This document shows, piece by piece, positions 50,431 to 59,732 of a DNA stretch of 64,000 nt (position 1 is its first letter; each line of letters opens with the position of its first letter). Below the pieces are notes generated by a model. It was not told where the DNA came from, did not search any database, and was given only the letters and a program-made list of their open reading frames with translations. Location: the NCBI GenBank assembly GCA_010093995.1, contig ML992501.1:2297320-2361319 (forward strand), read 5' to 3'. The position numbers were made by a program, and so were the translations under genes. The stretch comes from Elsinoe ampelina. Lineage: Eukaryota.

Positions 50431-50739
50431 ATTTGATGTTCACGCTGGTGGAGAGTCTGCGAGGATTTGGGAATGAGCTGGTATGGCTTTTTTCGGGGCC
50501 AAAGAACCGTCGAGCTCTCCCGGTAGCGACTCTTCAACCATGTCGCAAACCTCCTTCTCAGGCAAACACTTGACTTGTGGGTAGTACTACCTGCTGGCGA
50601 CTGCACGTCGCAATCACATGCCACCGCAAACTCACGCCGCTTCACAACAAACAACATCTCCTATCGACAATCCACTTCACACCATTCACACCTTTTCTAT
50701 ATCTATACCATCCTTCTCCAACTTCGATCGTCTGTACTC

Positions 50740-51924
50740 ATGTCAGAAGCACCGGGCTTCGATTATCCTGGCTCTCTCCATCGTCTCGCCGTTTTGCGCA
50801 GAACATACCAGGTACATCGCCACGCACTAGACAAACAAGTGAAAGACCACATTTCACATCGATCGAATTCACGACCAGGCGAAAACACTGGCAGCAACAG
50901 CGAAGACAATACCGAAGACCCCGAAGACTTTTTCGAGACTGTCGAGATCGCATTGACAGCCGACGGTCTAATAGTGACAGACGAACCTGAACAAGAAGCG
51001 GCAAATCCAGGTGAACCTCGCCCGCCACGAGCGACGACTCCTTCAAAACACTCCATACCAGACGATTCGACAAGCCATACCTCTTCATCTCCTGGCCCCT
51101 CCCGCACATTCATAAACCACACTCCAACTACTTTCAACATCGACCCCGTCATCTTCGAAGACCCAGATACCACAATGTCAGATGTAACAATGTCAGACAC
51201 GGCCAAGTCTTCTCAAGACGATATCCCAATCATCGACCCCACCAAAATGACAATCCCCGAGTACATCATGTTCGAAGACCCTGACAAGCTTCGTTTTTAC
51301 GAGACCAGTATCAAGACGTATCTCAGCAATCGCGATCATGTTCTCAAACTGCAGCCCATCATGGACAATCTCGCTCGCTGGATAGTCCACCCTCAGCGCG
51401 TCCTCAGTGCAGCAACCGGCAAAGCACTCCGCCCGGCTTTGTCCCTCATCCACGATGTTCAGGATGACCTACTCGTCATGCCTACAAAGCCCGACCTCGC
51501 TGTCCTGCTAGAGACAATCCAGACCGTCCTCATTGGGGGAAGCACCATCCCTTCCGCCAGCAAGGACAAGCCCGATGCCGACACAGTTGACTCCCCCATG
51601 AGCGGCATGGACGAGATGGAGTCCTCACCCGGCCCCACAGACCAGCGTGCAACAACGTACGAGTTCATCCACCACCCGACCTCCCCCCTCCCTTTCGAGA
51701 AACTGGACAACCTCTACCAAGTGATCAACCACGAGTACAGCCTGCTCATCGAGGGACCGATCAAGAAGTCGGCCAAGTTAAGGGAGGTCTTAACCAAGAT
51801 ATCGGAGCATAGTTCTTCGAAGGTGGGGAATGAATTGCGCCATATTAGGTTCGGTGAGAAGTTTGAGGAGTGGGAGGCGGCGTTTGGGCACGTTTGGTTT
51901 AGGTTGGGTGGGGGGAGGTATTAG
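50740..51924 (+). CDS. Hypothetical orphan protein
   Basis: About 395-aa open frame with coding-like codon use; no recognised domain. Confidence 0.6.
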   Translation: MSEAPGFDYPGSLHRLAVLRRTYQVHRHALDKQVKDHISHRSNSRPGENTGSNSEDNTEDPEDFFETVEIALTADGLIVTDEPEQEAANPGEPRPPRATTPSKHSIPDDSTSHTSSSPGPSRTFINHTPTTFNIDPVIFEDPDTTMSDVTMSDTAKSSQDDIPIIDPTKMTIPEYIMFEDPDKLRFYETSIKTYLSNRDHVLKLQPIMDNLARWIVHPQRVLSAATGKALRPALSLIHDVQDDLLVMPTKPDLAVLLETIQTVLIGGSTIPSASKDKPDADTVDSPMSGMDEMESSPGPTDQRATTYEFIHHPTSPLPFEKLDNLYQVINHEYSLLIEGPIKKSAKLREVLTKISEHSSSKVGNELRHIRFGEKFEEWEAAFGHVWFRLGGGRY

Positions 51925-52410
51925 GGTTGGCCGAGCGAGATGGTCGGGGATGGGCGAAGTGGGTTGAGGACGAAGCTGGCGGAGGGAGATGATTGGTGGC
52001 CTAGTGAATCTAGGTTGACAGTCATTGCGAAGTTACTGGGGATGAGGATATTGCCGGTTGCTGAGAATAGTCGACGAGATGGCGGCCAAGTCGATAGTCT
52101 TTCGATCCTGTGCTGATGGAACGGGACTGGCTTTTTCAACATGCCAGATGGGGCAGATGACAGGATATGGTGGACTCAAGGCCTGAATGAGACATGAGAT
52201 ACCTAGCTAGGAATGACAAGAAACATGGTTTTTCACTGAAAGATTTTCGAGCCATACGTGAGATTCACATGTGATCGAGTTATGACACCAGAGTGCAAGT
52301 GGCGTCGTCGCATATCAAACAAGAATATCATTATAATTACCCTATGACACCAAAAATCAATTCACTATCGCATCAGACTCCAACCCCTCAATCTCTCTTT
52401 GCAATGCCAT

Positions 52411-53667
52411 CTATGCCTTGGTAGGAGCAGCCTTCCCACCAGTCGTCCTGCTCGCCGCCCCCTTGCCCGACTTCCCCGGTTTCCCAGACTTCTCCGGCTT
52501 CCCAGACTTCTCCGGCTTCGCAGACCCGGTAGGCTTCGCCGACGCAGTGATCGGCTTGACATTCTGGGGCTTAGGAGTAGGCTTCACGCCGCCCTTCCTG
52601 GTCGTCGTCTTCTCCGTCGCCTCCTTCGCCTTGACCGCCCTGATCTTGATCGGCCCCGCAGCCCCCTTTGCGCCGAGGGTGAGGTAGAACCCGCCTTTGC
52701 CGCCGTCGGCGACGGTGAAGACGCTGCGGGCGCCGTCGAGCGAGCTGCACTCGACGTCGTAGGTCTTGCTGTCGATGGCGCAGGTGAGACGCTCGTCGGT
52801 TTTGGCGAGGGTGGTGGCGTTGCGGGTGACGAGGCGCGGGAAGATGCCTTGCGGGTCGACGACGAGGAAGGATGAGCCGTGGTAGATGTATTTGTTGGTC
52901 GCGTTGTAGGTGTAGCTGCCGATCGGGGAGGAGAGGTTGAAGCCCTCGCCTGCCGTGGAGTGTTGGAGGAGGGAGTGGTTGAAGCGGCCTCCTATGGCTT
53001 CGAGGTGGAATTGGACGTGGGCCGAGGTGGTGGTGTTGTGGTGGACTGTGGTGCCGGTGGTGGTGGGCTTGGGGGCGGCCTTGGTCATGCTGCCGGTGGG
53101 CTTGTCGGAAGGCTTGCCGGTGGCCTTGCTAGCGGCGGCGGTGGTGGTGGCGGAGGCCGCGCGGGCGTGGACCTTCTTGCTGTGGTGCTTCTTGCCCTTC
53201 TTGTGCTTCTTGCGGGCTGCCTCTTCAGGCTCGGCCTCTGGCTCGGCATCTGCCTCTGCCTCTGCCTCTGCCTCACGAGCGTAGTGCTTCTTCCCCTTCT
53301 TGTGCTTGTGCTTCCTCATGGCAGCCTCTTCAGGCTCAGATTCACGAGCATGATGCTTCTTACCCTTCTTGCCGTGATGCTTCTTGGCTGCCTCGAGAGC
53401 GTCTGCGGCTTCAGCATCGGCCTCGCGCTTAGAGTGAGTTGCCTCGCTGTCATGGGCAGACTTGGTCACGGAGACCTCGGTGGCGTGGTGCTTGCCATGC
53501 TTGGACTTGTGGTGCTTCTTCTTGTCGTCCTTGCCCTTGTGGTGGGTAGGTTCAGCCGACTTCTCAGGGGCGGTGGTGGTGACAGCCTTGTTGTCCTCTG
53601 GGAGGGCAGCACCCAACACTGCTGGAACAGCAGCGCTGAGGAAGAGGAGGGAGCTTGTGAAGCGCAT
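52411..53667 (-). CDS. Secreted His/Lys-rich repeat pre-pro-protein with a C-terminal globular domain
   Basis: Signal peptide MRFTSSLLFLSAAVPAVLG; KR/AR followed by EA/DA/EP spacers; strong C/G third-position bias; TATAAGTA about 90 nt upstream (53751-53758). Confidence 0.85.
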   Translation of the reverse strand: MRFTSSLLFLSAAVPAVLGAALPEDNKAVTTTAPEKSAEPTHHKGKDDKKKHHKSKHGKHHATEVSVTKSAHDSEATHSKREADAEAADALEAAKKHHGKKGKKHHARESEPEEAAMRKHKHKKGKKHYAREAEAEAEADAEPEAEPEEAARKKHKKGKKHHSKKVHARAASATTTAAASKATGKPSDKPTGSMTKAAPKPTTTGTTVHHNTTTSAHVQFHLEAIGGRFNHSLLQHSTAGEGFNLSSPIGSYTYNATNKYIYHGSSFLVVDPQGIFPRLVTRNATTLAKTDERLTCAIDSKTYDVECSSLDGARSVFTVADGGKGGFYLTLGAKGAAGPIKIRAVKAKEATEKTTTRKGGVKPTPKPQNVKPITASAKPTGSAKPEKSGKPEKSGKPGKSGKGAASRTTGGKAAPTKA

Positions 53668-55638
53668 GGTGATTGTAGAGAGAGGAGGAAGTGGACTGTG
53701 TGAAGGAGTAGTGGGTGAATGATGTGTCGACAAGGAATGTGAACAATGGATACTTATACCTACCAGATGCGATGTGTATTCCTCTCCGGCCCTGAGCTTC
53801 TGTGGTGTTTCAATTGCGGCAGTAAACGGCTGGAAGCTGGAGCATTCGGGTACCTGTTCATGGTGACAACGGCTGTCAAAGTCTATTCTGGAAGGAGTTT
53901 GCGAAGTCTAGACGATATTGATCGTTGAGGGTCTCTGTCCAACCATGTGACTGGGATGTCGGTAGATGCGACTGCGGATGAATAGTCGATAGTAAGAGCG
54001 ATAGTATTGCACTGGCACGCATTGTCTGACTCGTCACAAGTGGTCACATGTACAAGCGCTGTCGCTCTTGAGGCACGTAGTATCGCAACACTCAGACCTG
54101 TGGTTGTCCCGTTTGGGATCTGTTTGAACCTGGAGAGGTAAGCAATTTGGCAACGGTGACCAAGACCGAATGCCGAACAACAGAAGACGTTGCGGTCGCA
54201 ATCCTAGCCGATGACGAGGCCTTTCTTCTATTCCACAACCAGGAAATCAGGGTTAGATGAGGATTCCTAGGAGGCAAGAATTAGATTTGACTCTATAACC
54301 TCACGTTGTTGTATACGGATCGTTAGGGATCGCAGTATACACTGCCACAATTCGGAAATTGCATAGCACTTGGTAGCGAAGTCCTTTCACATGCTCGACA
54401 AGCTGTACAGTCTTCGAGCATTGTGTTCGCGCAGGTCCTAGACCGCTCCACTCGACCAGTGACCTGGTGCTAGCAATGTCTCGAAGTCGTAATGCCTGTT
54501 ATGGGACCGACGCGATCACGCAAGTGCACGTTCAGGGTCTGTCATGGTCGAACTGCTGTTGTGGTGACAAGACGGCTGTTGTGCGACAAGGGAAGCTTCT
54601 ATCCAGTAGCTGCAACAGCCGCGGTAAGGCCAGATTGAGGAGGTGACTATGGTGACTTTGTTGACGGGCGAAGATGCACAGTCTACCGACGGGTGAGCCA
54701 GATTGCACCTGGTTGTGGCGAGGTTCAGATTCGCCGTTGACGTGCGGAGCGTGTTCAGGAATAGATACTATTGATCGTGGAGTCGGCTCAAACGTATCTC
54801 GTATTGGAAGTCAAGTACGCGTCCATGTATCTGCTGCTAGCAGATGAGGTCGTCGGGGTCGTCAGGAGACATTCGAGGCCATGTTTGTCTTGAACGGGAA
54901 GTCGCGGGGCGCAAAGGGAGGAGCCGAGTGAGCCGAGATTTATTGTGGGAATCCTGACAGACCCCACTTTTGAGGTCCTACATGTACCAGCGCGATCCGA
55001 AAGGGGACGATTTTGTGTTCAATTGTGTGTTTCATGTTTCAATGCATGCACAAGGGAACACTGCCAAAGTGAGGTGACCTAAAGCTTCTGTACCTTTTTC
55101 TCAACTCCAACTTCATGTGGCTGCGGATAAATTGCATACGAGTTGGTCAGCTCGATTGCCATCGCCGGGCCTTGCACGTCCGTTGCTTGCCAAGTTTGAC
55201 GAGGCTATTCTTAGCTCTCATCGGTCGAAAAAGCACATGCCGCTCTGGGATTTGTCGCCAAAAGAGAGGTCCTGGTTGGGCTGAACAGATCAAATCCATC
55301 CATTCCCAGCCGGTCAATTGCCCGCCTTTGCTGACTCGACACTCGTCTTGTTGGTGACGCACCTGCATCGAATCCTCTCCCATCTCCTCTCGCTATCCTC
55401 TTTCGCTGGTACATACGTTCATTGGTGCATTGCTTCCGCTGCAAACTGCATTCAATTTCGCGAACCTCTTTTGTGGCTTGCAGCGCGTCTCGCTCGTTCC
55501 TAGCGCTATCTCGAGTCTTCTTTCCTCTGTCGCAATTCCTCTCCCTGTGGTAGGCGTCGCAATGCCAGCTCTACCTTTTGAATAAGGCGCCTGGCGACGT
55601 GTCTTCAATTCCAGCAGTCAGCGTGCTGCTGAGGAGAG

Positions 55639-58416
55639 ATGACAAGCCATGCCCTTCCCGCGCGTGCTGGACCTTTGAACTCGATACGCGAAGTTCCCGG
55701 TCCAGCTCTCACCACGCGCCCCTCTGTATCACCCCCTCCGCCGGACTCAACTGATACCCTCGCTTCTCTGTCCAAGACGACTTCTCCGGTGTCTCCTACC
55801 TTGCCCATTCAAAGGCCTTCCGATGATGATCTGCTCACCACACGCCGAATATCAGATCCAGTGCGCGCACACAAAACGGCGTCACCTACCGCTGCGGGCC
55901 GTAAAGGTCTCACCCAAGAGTCCAAACCTTCACGAACCTCATCCATCAGGAAGAAGCACGGCTCCATGTTCAGCTTCTTCTCGTCTAAAGATCCTTCCAC
56001 TGTGTCAGCAGATGAGAGTGCCGCAGAACGCAAAAGCTCGACAACCTCAAAGAGGCATAGTGGCAGCACCGCAAAGACGCCCCCTTCCTCATTCAAGCTC
56101 AACAGCAAATGGGACGGTCTACCACGACATTCCAAGGATCCGACAAAACCCGCTGTTGATCGCAGAGATTCTGGCTGGTCATCTGGTCGACGCTGGTCTT
56201 CGAATCCAAGCTCTCGCAATTCCCTGAGTGCCTCAAAGACACATATCAGTGTCGAGGGCGGCAGCCCGTTTGCCTCTTCCAATGTGCTACCCGATGAGGA
56301 TCGAAGGACGGAATTCCCATTCGATAAACGAGGTCCAGGTGCCTCCAACATAACGTCGAGCCCACCTCCCGCTCGCCCATCCTCCAACTTGATCCATTCG
56401 ACCTCGAATCCTTCGCAGTCCGCCTCACATCGACCAGTCTCGCCAATGTCTGATCGGGAAACCGCACTGCCCATTATATCCAACATTGAGTCGCCGAACG
56501 ATCAGATCGCACCATCTGTGTCACCACACAAATCTGTCAGTCCAGCGCAGTCTTTCGTTTCTGCTCGCGCAAACGCCAAACTGGCAACGACGGATTCGAA
56601 TAGTCCTGATGCTCGTTCTTCTCCACAACCACAAAGTCAGATGAAACCAGCTGAACTCCTCCTGCATCAAGACAGTTCGGTCTCTAGCCTCAGCCCTGTT
56701 GCACCCTCGCCCTCACGAGATACCAAGGTAGAGACACAGGATCTTCCTTCAACAGCTAAGCAACGGACGACACCGCCTCAGCAACCAACACGACCGCCTC
56801 GACCTTTTGACGACGATGATGAAGAGCTGTATGCGAAGCCCGGCCACTCGCCCATGCGACAAGACTTTGCACATCGAGGCTCTGACATCACAGATCAGCC
56901 GCCTATACTACCAGCAGACACAAGAGAAGACCCCTCCAAACGAAATTCGCTGATCCAGATCGACTCGTCGCGACGTGATTCCAAGCGCGAATCCAAGCGT
57001 CTGCCCTCTGACCACGACGATGCGAAATGGGTTAGCGGACTCGACGAAGTCACTGTTGCTGCCAGCAGTCTTGACACTGTGCAGATCGGACGGCGATCTT
57101 CACTCAATGGCTCCCCAAACGAGGCACCTGCACTTCGATTCAGTCAAGCCTCTTCGGTGGCAGAACAACCGCCTCGTCAGTTGCACTCTGCACATTCACG
57201 TATCGGCTCAGTTCAAGCATCACCTACTGTTCACTTGTCTCCTGCGCCTGAACAGTACCGAAGGTCACTACATTCAGAGAGGTCACGCTCACACTCAGGT
57301 TCGCGGTCCCGAAGTAACACTCCTCCACACGGACCGGGCAGTGCTAGTCTACGCGCTCCAGATCCACACAACCAGGGCGGTGGCCACTCGCGACAGATTT
57401 CGAACAATTCCATGGCATCGTACATGAACTCGTCGCAAATGTCGGACAACCCGCATCAAGTCGCAGAGGCATCTGTCGTGCAGATGCAGCCAACTTCAGC
57501 GTCACCTATTGAAGTTCAGCCAGGCAATCGTTTCGAGTCGTCGGCAGCAAGACGATCCCGTCAGAGTCTTGACACTTCGACGCTTCAGCAGCCCCCACGA
57601 CACAGCCTGTTGGATGCTGCCAAAAATCACTACCAGCGCCAGAGTCTCGATGTGTATAGACCGCAGCAACTAGCCATGGAACGTCAAGCGCAACCCGGGA
57701 GAACGCGGGCCTCGAGCGACGAGCAACGAGCTGGGCATGCTAGGAACTTCTCAAAGCCGTTCAACTTCTCGAAGCCATTCGGTGTCAGAGCCAGCGCTGC
57801 GCCCGCACCAATGGCGACCGACTGCATTGCCGAAGATGCGCATGTTCCACGGTCCAAATTCGCAAAGGGACGCCTGGCTCCAAAACCTACGCTTGCAGAA
57901 TCGACAGTTGCTGAGAATCACACACCGATCTCCGCAAGGCATACAACTGGTCAATTCCCTGCGGCTCAGTCCGAGGAAGGACATCAGAGGATGCCGTCAG
58001 TGGGGGTGACTAACTCTGATCACGACGCACCAACAGTCAACACTTCTAGCAGTGGTCCCCCGAACCCACCGAGCGCCAGCACGACAGGCGAGTCGTATGC
58101 CACAGCGATGCAGTCCGCCACAGAGCATCACACGAACGAGGAGGAATCACCGAGCACCAGGGAGACCAGTCTTGATGTACCACACCCCGAGCAGCACGAC
58201 CCGAAATTACACTACCGTCTCTCCGCACGAGACATCACCATTGTCAACGACGAACTTATGGGCAACAGAGTCACCGAGACATCCAAGAACTACGCACTAT
58301 CTGTTGGCTTTTGGGAGACGGCAGCAAGGAGTGCCGAGGAGGCGCAAAAGAGACAGGATACAGGCATGGATTGCAGGCTCGCTGGACCTTTCGATCCGAG
58401 CTCGCCTATTTTCTGA
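55639..58416 (+). CDS. Large S/P/R-rich, probably disordered hypothetical protein
   Basis: 925-aa uninterrupted ORF; short ordered-looking blocks (SMFSFFSSKDPS, KLNSKWDGLP). Confidence 0.75.
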   Translation: MTSHALPARAGPLNSIREVPGPALTTRPSVSPPPPDSTDTLASLSKTTSPVSPTLPIQRPSDDDLLTTRRISDPVRAHKTASPTAAGRKGLTQESKPSRTSSIRKKHGSMFSFFSSKDPSTVSADESAAERKSSTTSKRHSGSTAKTPPSSFKLNSKWDGLPRHSKDPTKPAVDRRDSGWSSGRRWSSNPSSRNSLSASKTHISVEGGSPFASSNVLPDEDRRTEFPFDKRGPGASNITSSPPPARPSSNLIHSTSNPSQSASHRPVSPMSDRETALPIISNIESPNDQIAPSVSPHKSVSPAQSFVSARANAKLATTDSNSPDARSSPQPQSQMKPAELLLHQDSSVSSLSPVAPSPSRDTKVETQDLPSTAKQRTTPPQQPTRPPRPFDDDDEELYAKPGHSPMRQDFAHRGSDITDQPPILPADTREDPSKRNSLIQIDSSRRDSKRESKRLPSDHDDAKWVSGLDEVTVAASSLDTVQIGRRSSLNGSPNEAPALRFSQASSVAEQPPRQLHSAHSRIGSVQASPTVHLSPAPEQYRRSLHSERSRSHSGSRSRSNTPPHGPGSASLRAPDPHNQGGGHSRQISNNSMASYMNSSQMSDNPHQVAEASVVQMQPTSASPIEVQPGNRFESSAARRSRQSLDTSTLQQPPRHSLLDAAKNHYQRQSLDVYRPQQLAMERQAQPGRTRASSDEQRAGHARNFSKPFNFSKPFGVRASAAPAPMATDCIAEDAHVPRSKFAKGRLAPKPTLAESTVAENHTPISARHTTGQFPAAQSEEGHQRMPSVGVTNSDHDAPTVNTSSSGPPNPPSASTTGESYATAMQSATEHHTNEEESPSTRETSLDVPHPEQHDPKLHYRLSARDITIVNDELMGNRVTETSKNYALSVGFWETAARSAEEAQKRQDTGMDCRLAGPFDPSSPIF

Positions 58417-58620
58417 GAGGCGCAACACGAAAATGGTCATGAGAGGAAGGAGATGCAGAGGTCCTGACTCTGTTGATGATACGACATGAATGAATCACGA
58501 GATGTATGAGTTGAGCGTGGGAAAAGCGCATGAACATGGTGTAGATATCGTTACGCGTGGCGTCTAGAATTACATTTCGGCCACATCTCCAGGAAGCCCA
58601 TCTCATCCAGTTCAATCCAC

Positions 58621-59337
58621 ATGCTTGGGCAAGGAGAAGTGAAATACCTCCCCGTGAAAACTACCAGAGCGTCGAAGGATTGTTTCTTGGGGTGTTTTGG
58701 GTTCATGGTGAGTTGTAAGCGAGCGTGTGTGGAGGTGTTGGAGGTGTTGGAGGTGTTGGAGGTGTTGGAGGTGTTGGAGGTGTTGGAGGTGTTGGAGGTG
58801 TTGGAGGTGTTGGCTGGGACGTGTAGGGTGGTGTTGTCGTCGACGGTGTTGGTGGCGAAGTTGGGGAGGTTGTTGCCGGCGGGAATACTTCGGGGGCTGA
58901 GGAAGGTGGAATTGGGGTTGAGGTTTGATGTGCGGAAGAGGAGGGTGGAGGAGAAGGAGAAGTGGTGGCGGAAGAAAGAGTATGTGTACAGGGAGGAGGA
59001 CTTTCTGCCGGAGCATGAGACGGAGTTGGAGTTGTTTAAGAAGTGCTTGGAGGAGGTTGTGGGTGCTTGTCCGCAACTGAAGGAAGTGAGGCTGTCGTTC
59101 ACGGGAATGTTTTCGTGGTGTCAGTATGATGGGGATGTGCAAGTGAAGGTTAAGGAGAAGGAAGTGTTTAGGATAGTGGATGGCTTTGCCCGTGGGCTGA
59201 AAGAATTAGAGAGAATGACGGCAGAGACGCCTTCGAGCATGTATGACGGCATGATACGATGGAGGGGGCTGGGTATAGATGAGTGGGCGATGGGCTTCTG
59301 GAGGAGGGTTGAAGAAAGTCAAGAAGGGCCAAGATGA
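58621..59337 (+). CDS. Hypothetical protein, possibly a degenerate gene, with an (EVL)9 expansion
   Basis: 238-aa ORF in a G-rich island; C-terminus looks protein-like (CPQLKEVRL); start uncertain. Confidence 0.4.
   Translation: MLGQGEVKYLPVKTTRASKDCFLGCFGFMVSCKRACVEVLEVLEVLEVLEVLEVLEVLEVLEVLAGTCRVVLSSTVLVAKLGRLLPAGILRGLRKVELGLRFDVRKRRVEEKEKWWRKKEYVYREEDFLPEHETELELFKKCLEEVVGACPQLKEVRLSFTGMFSWCQYDGDVQVKVKEKEVFRIVDGFARGLKELERMTAETPSSMYDGMIRWRGLGIDEWAMGFWRRVEESQEGPR
58731..58811. repeat. Perfect 9-bp tandem repeat (GGAGGTGTT)x9
   Basis: Nine exact units read directly from the sequence. Confidence 0.95.
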
Positions 59338-59732
59338 CGGAAAAGGTCCCAACAGCTTGCAAGATGATCAGAGAATGCTTGACATGTCGACAGTCATGGT
59401 AGAAGGCTTCGTGAAAGGATCAGGCAAGGGCTACCAAATTATAGAAGGACCTCGGGACATGGTCTGCGACATGGTGTGCATGGCCTTTTAGTTCCCTCTG
59501 CTAGTCGCCATGCAAAATCTCTGGCATTCAAACCCATTCTCAGACTACAGAACGATCAATCGATGGTACAGACTGATCATGTTGTAGAGTCTACACTAGA
59601 GTCATGAGGGTGACCTACCATGAATAATCAGATCGTACATACCGGAGTCATTATTCGTTCATTCGTTCATCATTCATGTGCAACTATGCGTATAACAGAT
59701 TCCGGCCCTTCGCAACTTCTTATGCAGTGACC

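Noticed and set aside
51922..52116. Frame stays open 63 codons past the TAG of the 50740 ORF (possible read-through)
   Set aside because: G-rich sequence is poor in stop codons; no read-through context or targeting signal, and no homology evidence available
54249..54328. Telomere-like words AGGGTTAG and GTTAGGG suggesting a telomerase RNA template
   Set aside because: 7-8 nt matches are expected by chance, and I could not identify a pseudoknot or other telomerase RNA domains
54855..54965. Inverted repeat GGGGTC-GTCAGGA...TCCTGAC-A-GACCCC enclosing about 84 nt (possible ncRNA or MITE)
   Set aside because: A 13-bp stem with one bulge is roughly expected once by chance in 64 kb; no target-site duplication, second copy or recognisable RNA family motif. 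Rfam cmscan would settle it.
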